A DNA stretch of 63,136 nt, the filler included, from Choristocarpus tenellus KU-1152 (taxonomy: Eukaryota > Protista > Phaeophyceae): the NCBI GenBank assembly GCA_964200185.2. It is 14 parts of 14 records of this genome, joined end to end, with 100 filler letters (N's around TTAATTAATTAA, not from the genome) between each part and the next. Parts side by side here need not be neighbours in the genome. Positions count along the whole stretch, not along the records: positions 7,194 to 12,438 come from CAXNAD020011366.1; positions 12,539 to 19,469 come from CAXNAD020007034.1; positions 19,570 to 24,642 come from CAXNAD020011968.1; positions 24,743 to 29,235 come from CAXNAD020014311.1; 10 more parts are not named here. One strand, written 5' to 3'. Both the position numbers and the translations under genes were made by a program. Below the pieces are notes generated by a model, which was given only the letters and a program-made list of their open reading frames with translations, did no database searches and was not told where the DNA came from. Shown piece by piece: positions 12,366 through 26,712 of the stretch. Each line of letters starts with the position of its first letter. Within the stretch, counting starts at the first letter, position 1.

Positions 12366-14279
12366 TTACAGGCGCCTCTCAATGCTCACCTTCCAGGATG
12401 TACAACTCAAATCCAACGACCTTAAAACTATGCTATGANNNNNNNNNNNNNNNNNNNNNNNNNNNNNNNNNNNNNNNNNNNNTTAATTAATTAANNNNNN
12501 NNNNNNNNNNNNNNNNNNNNNNNNNNNNNNNNNNNNNNGTTGGTTGGCCGAAACGGACGCCCCCTCACAAACTACCCCCCCCCCCAAGATACTTTGACCC
12601 ACAAGCTGGAGACACATGGACAGAATGTTGGGTTTGATGAACCTGTCATACCTTTCATTCCTTAGCGCACGGACATATTTTACGACTCCCATCTCTACCC
12701 CGAAAACTCTCCTCCACGTGATTTCACTGAAGAGGGTTTGTGGCATTTCCATGCACCTTGCACCTGTTGTTGAACTGAATCCAAAATTCCACGTATCTTC
12801 CACTGCGTTTCACCCGATGGCAATCTTAAATTCGCTAGTTTCAATACCCCCCAAGGAAAAACGGAGCCAGGGAACGAATACATAAACAAAGAATGACAGC
12901 AGAAAGTCGTGAATGTCAAACCAAAGTGATTCCCTGACTGAAGGTTGTTCCTGAAGGCTGTATGTCTTTGTAGGGACATAGCTAGCTCCGGGTAAGTTCA
13001 CACAAGTAGAGGACCTACATGCATGGTAATAGTGACAGACACCTTGTCACCCAACGATTTCTTCCTGACATGAGACCTTCCAATATCATTCACCGTATTG
13101 TGTCACTTTCCTCCTCGCAACCCATGGAACTCAGGTGTGAGGAAGGGTGTCCCGCATCATTTCAACTCTCGAAAGTTGTCAAATCCAGCGTCATAACTCC
13201 ATGAGTCAGTTGTGGGAGAATAATAGACGCAGTAAGATTTAAATTTCTAAGAGTATAGAGGCTCTAGAGGTTTTGCTTACCCAATTTGATTTCCTCCTGA
13301 ACATAGAACCGTTGCAATAAACTAAGCGACAACGCCTTCTAATTCTATGTGAACATCGGACATTATACACATCCCACCAAATCCTACCAAATACAAAACA
13401 CTGCAAAACCTGATACAAACATCATGTCGTGGTCATCTGTACTCGGGAGACTGAGGCCGCCAGCGCTGGGTTCTATGCTGAAGAATCCTCTGATGACAAT
13501 ATCTTCACCGTTTGCTTGCCCTCGAGCTTGTACCCCCGCCACCAACTGGATGTCACCCCCTGGTCGGGGTTGGGTATTGGGTCAGGGGCAACAACGGGGT
13601 ATGGCGGTCAGTAACCGAAAGCACAAGAAGATCATCAAGATGGCTAAGGGGTGAGTATTTTCCATATTAATTGACGGTTTTTGAACGCCGCTTGCTTGTT
13701 TGGGCTTTGAACACGCCCTACATCCTGAGGTCGGGTTGTGTGACCCCTCCAACAGGGTTCAAGGAATTTGTTATTTACTGTTCTGTTGTGTTTCTCCGAC
13801 GGGAGGGATAACTGATTGATACAGCCAATCGAAGTGGTCATTTTGCAAAGAGCAAGCAAGGGGATGCGCAACTGCGACAGATATAGAATCTGTGACCAAC
13901 CCTTTCATGGTGCTGTGTTCAATTGGTTAAAGTTGGTCTAGCCGTCCTTAGTCAGAAGATAGAGCTAAACACACAGGATACCTGAAGTCTATGTATATCA
14001 CTTAAATCAATCTCTCTCAGCCCACTCACCTCGAGATACCCAGTTGTATGCTTGCGAGGGGGTGTCTTTTGTCGATCAACAGCCCCCTCGCTGCATGCAC
14101 GGCAGAGGAAGTTGTACTTGGTCGCTCGGGCGTATTACTATTGGCATTCTCTAGGTGCGGCTATTTCAAAGGCTTTAGGGGTCTTACCCAGGAGGTTGGA
14201 TCTGATTGCTGAATCGCTGCTTCTTTCCCATGTGATAACAGGTATAGCGGAAGAGGCAAGAACGTCTTCAAGATAGCCA

Positions 14280-15900
14280 TTCAGAAAGTGGAAAAGGCAC
14301 TGCAGCAAGCATACAGGGACCGAAAGGTGACCCATTCTCTCTCTCTCTTTCCGCTGTAAACCATGTAGCTTTTCATGGGGAAAGGGGTGCTGAAGGTACT
14401 CTTGTGCATCCTCTGATGGTGCCTACCTCTTATGACATCTTTTCTTACCCTCACATGTGAAACCCATGTACATACATATTCCTGCACCTTCAGAACAAGA
14501 AAAGGGATTTCCGAAGACTGTGGATTGAGCGCATCAATGCAGGGGTGAGGCAGCATGGCATGCGCTACTCTGTCTTTGTGAACCAGGCCAACAAGGCTCA
14601 TGTGGAGTTGAATCGAAAGGTGGGGCACCCAACAAAGCTCATGAATGGACATGGGTCTACCCCATAACCTCTGTGCACTGGTATGATATATATATATATA
14701 TATATATATAAAGGTGATGAAAATAGTGAGGGGGCGATCTTGGTAATCTTTTCACTGCCCTTGTTGTATTGTTGGGTTACTTTAGTTAGACTGCTTACAT
14801 TTTTTTCTTCATCAAGAGATTGGCTGGCACAATCACATTCCTTCTTTGCCTCATTGTGGAGAAACTTGTGTCAAGAGGTGGAGGGAAGGTGGAGGGTAGG
14901 GGGTGAGGTAGGAATTCTTGACTTCATGGCTATATTCTTGAAGTTAGCTACTGTGACTAGCAGAGCCGACTCATTTTTATTACTACTTTTAAGTACTTTT
15001 TCAACTAGGTGCTCCAGAGTATCTTCTTCTCCCTTTGGACCTTACTTACACATGGATTGGGATGCCTTGCACTACTGTACTGAAGAGTAGTGTGCCAATC
15101 CCTTATTACCCCACTTCCAAATCCTAATGAATGCCTTGATTTTTATGTTAATGGAAGATCCCTTTGGAGCAAACTTCAAAATTTGTTTGAACACCTCGTC
15201 TGCCCTTTTCAACCCCCTTGTTAATGTGAAATTTGATTTTTCTGGAAGGTTCTTGCGGATATGGCAGTGACAGAGCCCTACAGCTTCCGGTCAGTGGTGG
15301 AGACTGTCAAAGCACATGGGTCAGCCTGAGCCCATTCATTGTAAAATCAAGGGGGACAGTATGAAACTCCACAACCCGACATTGGATACTTTTCCCAGGC
15401 ATGGTGCTGTTTTTATTCCCAAGTCTTAACCTGAGAATGTTGGAACAGTACATGCAGGATTTGATTGTTGCAACTGATGCAGATATTAGTTGAAGGGTTA
15501 GGTCAAGATGAGATAGATCAAGGACACCTTTTTTGTCAGACCCATAGTCAAACCCTTTGGCAGTGGGTTGTTCATGTTATCCGCACAGTGTGGTTGGGGA
15601 GTGTGATTGTGCATGCACAATGTGGTCTTTGCAAGTGCAGATGTCATACAACACAGAAAGGTTTGTTGGGCATGAAGCCGACATATCATTTACGATGTAT
15701 TTCATTGCAACTATTACACATATACAGCTTTGGGTGTCACTGCTCAAGCTATTGTAAGCTTGTTGATCGATATTGAAGTACCCTTGTGGGTAAGACATTC
15801 CACACTCTTTGTTACCCAAAGTTGATGGGAAGTGGGTCAGATGAGAAATCCTGTACTCCTTGATCGATTTGTTGACCCCTAAGAATTGTGAGGTGATGGC
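14280..15900 (-). pseudogene. MULE/Mutator transposase remnant
   Basis: Minus-strand PEAVGLCHCHIRKNL (CxxH motif, about 15250-15290) upstream of a SWIM-like [11 protein letters not shown] segment in ORF 14281..14652. Confidence 0.45.
14686..14710. repeat. (TA)n microsatellite
   Basis: Read directly. Confidence 0.9.
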
Positions 15901-16478
15901 ACCAGGTGCCACCTTTGATTAACAACCCCACAGAAAGCCTCCTGAAAGGGGTATGAAGATGAAGCACTATCTTTTTGGACTAGTCTGCAGTACTTGATTT
16001 GGACAGCTTTAATAATTGCATTAACTTGAATGGATCTAACTTAGTTTTGTGTTGTTAGCAGTCATCAAGACCACTATTGATAAGAGGGTACTCAGCTACA
16101 ATGGTTTTGCTTATAAGCACACCACCTGAACAACTGCTTCATGGAAATGATACTTTGCACAACCCTCTTCACTTTGGGGGTGGGGGTGGGGGGGCTTCAT
16201 TATCGCCCATAAATCCCCAGGCCATGTTGAAAGGTTGTGACTGCATGGTCCTTGCATGTCCCCTACTAACCATAGGACTACCTTCTTATCAAATGCCTAC
16301 ATATATTCTATATGTTTCTACATCATCAATTAGGCGTAAAATTGAGCTTTTATCTTGTCGACTCATTTTGACATGGTTGGTATAACAACTTTCAAAATAT
16401 GATATCTAGGTTATGAACCGCATCAAGGCTTCATCTTGGTGAATTCACTTGGTCTTACACTGCTGCCACCTGATATAC

Positions 16479-16735
16479 GGGTTAAAGTATCTTAGAGGGT
16501 AAGAGCTTCCCCATATTTATCCATTTGTGGCTTGGCTTTCCACGTTTTTTTTATAACATTTTCCTACCCCAAAATGTTTCGGAGTAGGTAAAATGTGTAT
16601 GATATTAAAAGGTGTGTCCAGAATAAGGATATCGACACTTCTTAAAAAACACAATAGCCAAAATAAATCAAAATCACAACATTGGATTTTGATCCCCGAA
16701 TGGACACAGCTCTACCCTCTAAGATGCTTTGACTC
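16479..16735 (-). mobile_element. MITE family 1 full copy
   Basis: Both TIRs present; flanks ATAC/CTAC (1 mismatch). Confidence 0.9.
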
Positions 16736-19570
16736 CTACGTCAGGCTAAAGTAACACAATCCAAGATATAAAATGCGTTCTGAATACACTTCCCACAAGT
16801 AATGTGTTGCTTGAATGAATGAATCAGTCCAAAGATGAACGTTACGGGGTTTGAAATGGAGCGGATACTGTCTGTTCTTCTGCTCGGCGATAGGAGAGTA
16901 AAAAAAAACATAACACCGTTATTACAATATCATGGTAGTTGTTTTAGGTCTTACGTGCATCAAGAAATCGTTTCACCGTTGGGATATGTTACGAGGAGAA
17001 ATCCAACCATGGTGGGTAATTGGAAGTGAGTGCAAAAGGGCTGTGTTTGTACCTGCTGTGTATGGTGTGTGTGTTGGCTTTGTTGCAGTCTTAGCATCAC
17101 GGTTCTTGCCTGTGTGTATAGTGCTAGAGCAGAAGTATGAGGACAACAGTGGGAAGGGCAGCTAAGTTTATTTCTTGTCATATAATGGGACTTCATAGTA
17201 TCGCTGGCGATGAGAAAAATCATCTTGAAAATTATCTTGATGAAGAGTTTTCCTGCTGCGATCAAATATTCAAAGTGCTTAGAACTTCTCCAAGTACCAT
17301 GAAGGTTATTGCATGTATGTACAACAACACATTCGTATTTCCAGCCTTTTGCTGTAGATCAGGATGTACTTTGCATATTGCACATGATGTGGAGCATTTT
17401 GGTAACATGGTCCGAGATAGGACTTGATCCAGGAGTTGATAAAAGAGTGAGGCCAGCCTTGTGCAATTGAGGTATAGTGAAAATGATCAAGTTACCATAG
17501 TCAAAGAATGCATGTTTTGGCTTTGAGACCACTTCATGTGGTGTTAAAATCGAAGAAATAAAAGCTTTTTGTTAAAGAGGTTGAGACCGTCAAGTGATTG
17601 GTGCAGTAGACATGAAGGGACTTTGCTCTTAGTGTTGTCTCAAGATGAATACTGTTACAATTCAAGTTGCCGAAATAGCAAGATGTGTTGACTAGCTATC
17701 ACAAGTGTTCTCCGACACTTGTTCACAGTTCTTAGATTGTTTTCTACGTGACTTAGATTTCACACAGAAAATTGTTTTTAGATAACTATCAAAAAGTGGC
17801 AGATTGTAATGGTATCCACACTTCTCACAATCCCTACAAGACCCCCAGAGAAGAGAGTAGGGGAAGGTGCTCGAGTGATGCAGGCACTTGCAATAGTACT
17901 TTTGTTGCTCCAAACCTCCTCTTTGGTGGGTTTGATCCATGCCCTCACAATGTCGAGCTTGGCTCTCCTCTAAATGGTACTAAATCCTCATGAAAGATTC
18001 ATTTTAGCATTTTGGCAATGCATTCTACTGAACTCAGAACTACATCCCCTGCATCACCATCACTGTCTTGATTCTTTGATGCTATTTGGACTCTGCTTAC
18101 TATTATTCCCAAATCCGAAACCAAATCATCCTGATCCTAGTGACCAGTAATCCCAACCCTAGGGAACAATGGGTGACTACTCCTGCTCTACAGTCAGCAG
18201 GTCCTCAAAGCGGTTCAGTGCCCTCTCTCGACCCGCTGCCCTTGCTCGACTCATCAACATTGCAGCAGCATCTCTTATTGTTGAGAGAATTGAGTGAGGG
18301 TTGGAAGGTAACAATGGGAGGGTTAATAGACAAGGAGAGAAAAACAGTGAAAGTTGTGTCAAAGTGGTTGGGGGGAAAGATGGAGGGAGGAGGACCAAAG
18401 AAGGGGTCAGGGATTGGGTTGTGGTGCTTGTATTTCAAGTTTGATGGGTGCAATAGCAGCGAGGAACAAAAAAGTAGTAAGTAATTCGTGATTCGTATTT
18501 ACAGTAGGGGAGGGGGAGTGTGATCTGAAGTGATCTGTTGTCACAGGAAGTTCTCTTATCAGAAAAGCACGGTTATTGCACTAATATTTGCTTATAATTA
18601 CCTTGCTTCAAGCAAAGTTAACTTTTGTAGTGTAATTGAATTTGCACTCTGAGCACCTTGTTTGTAAAGTAGTGTCCAAATGTTAGGAGACATTTTACCA
18701 AGAGCAACAATTACGCCAGTATCATAACCTATTTTTCACACTATTCAATAAGATACATTCTTTCTGCAACAATCCCTCTTTGTTCCTTTCTTTAGGCACA
18801 ATATCACGACACCCTCTTCTGCTTGAATTCTTTTGCTAAACACATTTCGTTGGTCACAAGTTTTGGCGTGAGCATCTGTGTATGTACCGTGCTGAAGGCA
18901 TCAATTACAAGCATACACACACCTTTGAATAGTCAAAGTGGTTGGCATGACTTGCAATGCCAGAAGGTGAGGGATGTGTACCAGAGTCTTCAGGAGTCCA
19001 CGCTGAGCCAGGATGGCTTGGTGAAGGATCTCCACCTAGCGTTAGTTGTTTATCCACATCATGCACATGTCAGGAGTCATGAAGCTAGCTGAGCAAAAAA
19101 AAAAAATCAAATGTGAGATATCCCTCTAATCACTTGGGTAGGGTTCTTGTGCCTAGTCCATTGAAGGTAAGGTGAAGATGAAGGCAATAGCAAGCAAGAT
19201 CGATTAGAAGTCAGGGAATGCTGATGCCACTTATATCGACTTGGTAGTGCAGAATGGGTTGCTTACTGTTTGTTATGCAGCAATGACAACAGTGCTGCTC
19301 AGCTCAATGTATGTTAAGGAGTAGTCTAAACCTTTTGTTATGAGGGTTGACTCTTTTCTTCATGAGTACTGATAGTAAAGTACAGCTGAGCCTGAAAGTC
19401 AGAGTAGACCAGGATACCCATCCCACATTGAAAGTGGGTAGTAGCATCATGGTATCCTCAGTCTTTACCNNNNNNNNNNNNNNNNNNNNNNNNNNNNNNN
19501 NNNNNNNNNNNNNTTAATTAATTAANNNNNNNNNNNNNNNNNNNNNNNNNNNNNNNNNNNNNNNNNNNNT

Positions 19571-19644
19571 AATTGATTGTTCCATTACTCCATACATATT
19601 TTACCGTAACTGTCCGATAGAGTTGGAAGAGTCTAATCGAACAT
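19571..19644 (+). repeat. Dispersed repeat at contig ends
   Basis: AATTGATTGTTCC...GTAACTGTCCGATAGAGTTGGAAGAG is nearly identical to 33407-33479. Confidence 0.8.
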
Positions 19645-22412
19645 AACCCTTCCGGGAGTGCTTCCGAATACGAAATCTGAAATCCAAGAAACTCGTGAGA
19701 CACACAAGACATCTTAGGGGATCATTGGCACGCCAAAAAGATCGCTAGAGGGGAGAGGGGAGGACACAGACGAGCAGTTGTGACTCTACTGTACAGTGGA
19801 CACCTTGGACTATATTTTTTCAAGACAATGTTGTGTTGGACTAGAAAACTCCTTCCTTGTTATGCTGGTACCTTGGAATTGGAAACCCTTGTAGATTTGA
19901 GGGCTGCTTGAGGCATTAGGTGGAAATAGTTTCAATCAGGACAAATAGAGTGCATAGGGCTGAATCTGACTTACATTGCCAGTTCCGTCTCGAATGCTGC
20001 TCTCGGCAGCGAATTGTATGGGGCTTAACCTCGAATCCAAGAATACGAGAAGCTTCCCCAGCTCAGACTTCCAATCGACGAGAACCTCGTAGTGTTCTGA
20101 ACGAAAGTACAGTCGGAAGCCATCAATCATTACGCTTCCTTCTCTCGAAGCCCACGCATTGTCGTCTTGACGTAGGGTGTACTCCTTTGTATTCAGGTGA
20201 GCGTGATAGGGAAATAGGGATGCATTATTTTTTCTAGAAGGGTTGTCAATCACAATAGGAGAATAGAAGGAGAATCAGGACGAGGCAATGTAAGAGTGGA
20301 AGAAGCATCATGGATTCGATTTAAGGATGCTTACCTCGATGTTTCCATGTCACCCTCGATAGGCCATGGGAAACACCAAGCCCAGAGCCCATTCTAGTCC
20401 TCCGAGTCCACCACCAAGAGGAGACACGAAAGAACAAACCCTCTGTGTTGAAGACTTCATTACAAGCATCGATCGGTTTGGTCCACCACCTGCAGTTCCA
20501 GGTGTACAGACAGATTACCTTCGAGCTGTCAAGTCTAGTCAAATATAGATGGATCACAGTATGCACAGGGTCTTGTGGGGTGAATGGTGAGTGAGGCAAA
20601 AAGGCTAGTTATTCATGGTGTCCGTGGCGCAAATAGACAAGACACTATGAAAGCTCTCACCGCATCGTGGTTTGCCTGCTTTGACATTGCAAGGCCCTCG
20701 AGGTGAGCCATCCTCCAGAGAAGCACCAAGCCCATATCGATTAAACCCTGAACGTCATCCAATAGTTAATCCTATTGTCTGGTGTTGGGCGTCCAACCCT
20801 CCTTGCCCTTCGGCAAGATTATCCAGGAAAGAGAGTGCATCCTCGACTCTGGCACTGCATTGCTCCTTGATTGGTGATGGTGAAGGTGTGGAAAGGGAGG
20901 AATGTGGGGAGTTAGTTGTTCATTCGACTAATTGTATTGCCTTTCTGATCATAGGTCTGTGGATGCTGCATGTTACAATTTCTCAACAAGAACACCTGCC
21001 AAACGTTTTCGGATATGCCCTTGGCAAGAGATAATGATATCACGGGACGTTTATCACAATTTAGAAGAACCTATGTGGGCTTTGACAAATATAAGCGACC
21101 TGTCCAACCAGTGTAAGTGTTTGATTATATCGGATCCTTGGAGATGAAAGTCTGTTCAAGCATTCTTTAATGACTTTAATACAAAAAGATGATGTATTGT
21201 TGTAGCCCTCAATGTGCTCTGTAAAGTGGACTACGGCGTCAAACAGTCATAACTCACTAAGCACATGTTCGTTTACATTTATAGGACACTCTTATTCCAT
21301 AGTGCAGTGGAAAAAATATAGCATCTTCTCCAGAGTAAAATCACAACAGAGTAACACTGTTGCTGTCTCTGATGATTTTTGCAGGTTTCCCATTCACATG
21401 GTCTAGAAAATATTGTTGATCCACAATGCTACCAGCTATTTGAGAAGTATGCCACCTCCAGAATTCTTCTTCACAACGTGTCTCAACCGAGAAATTGGAG
21501 TTCACTGACCAAACTTTATTACAAATCAGAGAGAACATACATATATTTGAAGCACAAAGCAGTGACAAACTTTTGAAGAAGTATCACTTCAGAATGTCAA
21601 GATGCTATTGCAAAGAAACTTTGAAGATGTTCCCGTCGTATGTATTTAATGCAGACAACCAATTTTTGACAATATTGCAATATAATATACTTATTATGCC
21701 CAAGGTCTAGAAAGTTGCACTTGCCTATGGAAAATAGGAATTACTACCAAGTACATGGGACTTGTTATCCATGTTGTCCTTGTTGCCCAAACTGCACACT
21801 GATTTTTGGCTAAACGTCCTCCAATATAGGGATGGGTAATAGTCGGGCCTAGCTTGCACTGATACGACTCTATTTTATTGTACCTAGACAAGTCCTCCTG
21901 ACATTTCTCAACACACTGTGCCTACACAAAAAATAGAAGTTTCTGCTTTCCTGGACAAATGCTGCTTCTACTAGACTCCGTAAGCCTTTGTCGTCTTTGC
22001 TCCACAAACACTTGTGTGCACACTTACTATTGCAACAACCTGTACTCTAGCATCACTGCTAGAAGGAAATGTGGTTATATATGCTCCCTCTGCATGAGGA
22101 GCAGAATATTCTGAATTTAGGACCAAAACAATAATGAGGTGGCTTGCTTTAGGTAGCTCAAAGGTATCAAGATCATGTTGTCTTCAGACACTTTCCAGAG
22201 CTTAGGCTGGGAGGGCATGATGCAGAGAGTGGTCGTGTCAACGTATGTCAGGGGGTATTAATGATCAATAGGTACCACAACACTCTGTCAACCTAAATTG
22301 AAAACCAGTAATATATCTTCAATAGGATAGGAGGGAAGGGGCGCTATGACCTTGCCTATTTGTGTACCAGTCAGAGGGGAAACCACATGAAATGATTTTG
22401 GACTACTAGAAC

Positions 22413-22669
22413 GAGTGAAAGTATCTTAGAGGGTACGAGGTTTGCCCTGTTTGTCCATTTGGGACTTGGCTTCCCACGTTTTCCTATGACGCTTTACCTA
22501 CTCCGAAATGTTTCGAAATAATTCAAATGTATACGTTATGAAAAGGTGTGTCCGGAACAAGGATATTGACACCTCCTAGCGAACAAGATAGTCAAAATTG
22601 CATCAAAATTGCAACACTGGATTTCGGCCCCAAACGAATGCGGCTCTACCCTTTAAGATACTATGGCTC
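22413..22669 (-). mobile_element. MITE family 1 full copy
   Basis: GAGTGAAAGTATCTTAGAGGGTAC ... CTACCCTTTAAGATACTATGGCTC; no clear TSD. Confidence 0.9.
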
Positions 22670-24859
22670 AAGTTCAAAATACTTAAGTACACATTTACTT
22701 GCAAGAGAGATTACAACAACAAAGATTAAAAAACAATTTGAAATGCAACTTCCTGAAGGAATATGGGGTGATATGTTAAGAAAACTAGTAGAAAAATATG
22801 TTTAAGAGGTGTACACTCACTGGTTTATTAAGCTGTCTGCTACCATTGATAAAAATGTGAAGATTATAGAACTAAAGGCTTGTATTAGCATGATGGTAAG
22901 AGATCGGGTTAACAATGTTACAGGATTTTTGCTGATAAGTTCTCAAATGTAGAAAAAGATAGTATTGCAGCTTTACTATATTATTTTGTAGCTCCAATAA
23001 TTTTCTTTGTGTGGCTTCAGATATATTTTTTTGTTTCAAATTTGACCTGAACATATTTAGCTCTTTCCATGAATTTTTAGTGTAAAGCTAATAGACCCAC
23101 TAGCCAACTAGCAAATCTTACACCTATTTACAACAAAAGGTGAGAGTTGGAATATATTATGTAATCTTCTTCGGACTAGGTTTTGCTGCATTGACACTCC
23201 CTGTTAATTTATGAAGACCTTGTGAGTACCTCTCCTACTAAGCACATATCAACAACACCAGACTTAGTCATTAAACAAACAAGAAAGTGGTTAAGTACCA
23301 ATGAACCTACAGTTTATAAAAATGCAAAGAACACCAAGTTTTGTTAAATATTCCATAATAGCATGTTTGATATCAAGCTATAATTGCTCTAGTTAACAAT
23401 AACACAATCATGGATTGTGGCATCTGTGTGCAGAAAGCATTATCAGATCAGCATTAACCTTCACTACATAATTAATTACCTGATCAAATATTGCTCCACG
23501 ACCAACAAAAAACTCAACGCCCACTTCTCTTGGTTTAAGGTCAAGGAAGTAGTTGCTATTTTATTATTACTTGATTTTAAATCAACATATTTTTTCTAAT
23601 TCTATTTCTGGACATGAGAACCATAAATCAACAGAGTCTTTCGAATAAGAAAGTTTCTCATCCCTTATTCGTCAAGTCTATGTCGAATCTAAAGACCAAT
23701 TGATCTAGCTGAAGCTTACTGATTTTAGATCCGGTGTCTACTTGAAACAGCATGTTTTTGTATTGTGAAGTTATCTGTCTATGCCATTTTTCCTATTTCT
23801 AGATTGACACAACACGTGCCTGCTTTTGGCTAACAACACCAACGCCAACACCAACTAGCCACTGCTTCAATATTCAGTTATTATTCAGTAATATTTCAAC
23901 GCCAGATTGTTTTAAGAATTACTGTTAAAATCATTAATATCCTCAAGAAATTCATTCGGTAAACCTGATGCAACACCTCCTGGACAAAAATCATTTGAAT
24001 GCATACATGAACCCGATACACGCTCATTAAATTCCATCATATTTTCACACTCCTCAAAAAATCAAAGAAGCTCCTTGCAAATACAGAAATAGTGGCGTGC
24101 TCAACCATTTTCATCATGTACAACCATCTTCCCCCCTCTGATTCCTACACGGATTAGACGAGACCATGGATTGAGACGTGATTAAGACGTCAGGGACCGG
24201 CAAGTAACAGAGGCCAAAACTCTACAGAATAATGCAGTCCTAAGTTGGTAGAAATTTGATTATCGATCCGTAACTATTGCAAATCTTACACAGGTTTTTG
24301 AGAACCACAACAATCACAATAATTTAATCCATAAAGTCCACAAAACATCACCGCTGTCACTAGAAGCTGCCATCAATATATTTTGAATACCTAGTACGGC
24401 CTTAACAAGGTTTCATCCTCTCAAAAAATACTTCAAATCCAGTAGATTTGTTCAGGTACTTTGCAAACTGTACTTCCTCTTGGAAACCGAATGTGTCCCT
24501 TTCATGGTCAAGTGTGCCCATTCTACAGCTGTAGGCTTTCCGAGAGGAGGGACCCAAAGATCTATGGGGGGGGGGGGGGGGGGGCCACCCCAAGGCGGGC
24601 CTTTTGGCCAAAAAAAAGAAAAAATCAACTTATTTTTTTTTTNNNNNNNNNNNNNNNNNNNNNNNNNNNNNNNNNNNNNNNNNNNNTTAATTAATTAANN
24701 NNNNNNNNNNNNNNNNNNNNNNNNNNNNNNNNNNNNNNNNNNGCTCCATCCCCAATTTTGAAAATCCTCTGTAATATCCACAAAATGTGTGTGGGAGATC
24801 CCAAAATGAGGACCTGTCCCTCACAGTACTACTACTTTAACACGGTTACTTCAAATACT

Positions 24860-24990
24860 GAGTCAGAGTAAAAGAGGGGTACCCAGATTTTCCCGGTTTT
24901 ATGTCAATTTTCAATATATTACAATTCAGTCATATTTTCTATATTATGGAGGAAATTATAAGCTTGACTTGAGAGGGTATTTTGCTTTGC
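24860..24990 (+). mobile_element. MITE family 3 partial copy
   Basis: Starts GAGTCAGAGTAAAAGAGGGGTACC and shares internal blocks (TGACTTGAGAGGGT) with 57818-58087. Confidence 0.55.
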
Positions 24991-25487
24991 TCACGAATTC
25001 TCGATTATTATTTCTTATTCTTTGTTTGCATGATCTATTCTACTCCCCCATTGTAAAACTGTTACAGGCGAATAGGGTAAGTGTTTCTTCCCGAGCTCTA
25101 ACCAGCGTGAGCAGTGTACGCACGTGTGGAACCCCAAAAGGGGGAACTCTGATTTGCTAAAAGTTGCAGAGATGATCTGTATCTTGGGAATGTATGCAAT
25201 GGTTCTCAGGCAACGGTTCTCAGATGTATTTCAACGTCTGTAAACAAAAAAAAAGGGTAAATGATGATAAGAGGCATGACCAACTCTTAACTGGTACCAA
25301 TTCTCATATTCATGCTTATTGATTCATAAGAGTACCCTTATCTGCTGACCGGATATTCATCATCCTCGTTGGAACTTTTGACTGTTGGAGTATCCCAGGA
25401 GTCCTGTACAAGCATCAGCGCCATGTATAGGCCTATGGATCAGAGCTATACCTCCTGTGGAGGTAAGCTTTGGAGTGTGCTGTAATA

Positions 25488-25501
25488 TGGAGGTCCTACC
25501 G
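25488..25501 (+). promoter_or_regulatory. Primer-binding site complementary to a tRNA-Gln 3' end
   Basis: The reverse complement CGGTAGGACCTCCA matches the eukaryotic tRNA-Gln 3' end pattern CGGTRGGACCT-CCA and directly follows the LTR. Confidence 0.7.
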
Positions 25502-25787
25502 TGTCTCTTCAAACTGGAGAGAATACTCAGTATTCACCTCAGTACCTAGGATTCTTGGTAGCTCCCTACTATGGCCAGGGTTTTCTTCTGCTTGGTTTTA
25601 TCATCTCCTTGGATGGTTTTGGAACACTTTTACCGTCTACTGGATTTTCTTTCGCTTGACTTCTTTGTCTCCTCGGATGGTCTTGGAGCGCTTTCACCAC
25701 CTCCTAACTTGGAGGAAGGGACTGGCATGATGAAATCTGTGGCTCCAAGGGAGGCATCAGACATGGATATATATACTAATCACATTT

Positions 25788-26045
25788 TTGTTAAAGTATT
25801 CCAGAGGGTAGAGTCGTGTCTGTTTGGGATCAATAATCCAATATTCCGATTTTGATGTAATTTTTGTTATTGTGCTTGTTAGGAAGTGTCACTCTCCTTG
25901 TTCCACACACACCTTTTCATAATGTATACATTTTACCTACTCCGAAACATTTCGGAGTAGGAAAATGTCATAAAAAAATCGTGGGAAGCCAAGTCCCAAA
26001 CTGACAAACAGGGCAAAACTCGTACCCTCATAGATACTTTCACTC
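25788..26045 (+). mobile_element. MITE family 1 copy nested in the LTR-Q internal region
   Basis: Left TIR eroded, right TIR intact; TTTG on both sides. Confidence 0.88.
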
Positions 26046-26380
26046 TTTGTGATTAGGGAGATCGGAACTAGGGACCCTTTTTTTTGTCATGTCAGAGATG
26101 TATACTTTGTACTTTTGAAGGTGTGTTTCAGAAAAAGCAAGAGTATACTCAGATTATGCCAGATGCAAACTGAATCAGATAGTATTCTGTGACCCTTGGG
26201 GATAGATTATCCCAAGGAAAAAAAGGATATTTGATGATCTATTTTGGGACTAGTCGGAGTTATATATATTTTTATTTAAGAATATACTATGATTTGGTCA
26301 GACATTCGTTGATTCTGACTGCATGTCAAGACTTTTGGGGATCCATTCCCAAACGAAACTAGGGGATATGCCGATCATTG

Positions 26381-26492
26381 TTGGAAACGACTAGTTAATT
26401 TGGAACTGGAGTCCCCGTGTTGGAAACAACTGGTAAATTTGGAACTGGAATACCTGTGTTGGAAACAACTGGCAAGTTTGAAACTGGAGCCC
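26381..26492. repeat. 39-bp tandem repeat, about 3 copies
   Basis: Unit TTGGAAACAACTGGTAAATTTGGAACTGGAATACCTGTG. Confidence 0.85.
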
Positions 26493-26526
26493 CTCTGTCA
26501 TTAAATGGCAACCAATACATGCTGCT

Positions 26527-26712
26527 GGGTCGAAGTATCTGGGGGGGGAGGGTGATTTGTGAGGGGGCGTTCGTTTCGGTCAAACAACTCTTTTTTTTTG
26601 TTGAAATTTCAAATCCGACACGTGCGACCAAATCCCACCAAAAAAGTGAAAATCGAAAAAAGGGTGAAAAACGGACGCCGACCCCCTCCCCCCCCCCCAG
26701 ATACTTTGACCC
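26527..26712. mobile_element. MITE family 2 full copy (186 bp)
   Basis: TIRs GGGTCGAAGTATCTGGGGGGGG ... CCCCCCCCAGATACTTTGACCC; flanks TGCT/TGAT. Confidence 0.85.

Noticed and set aside
17000-24400. Faint hAT-like (17-18 kb) and integrase-like (20.9-21.6 kb) traces
   Set aside because: The motifs are too degenerate to support a call by eye.
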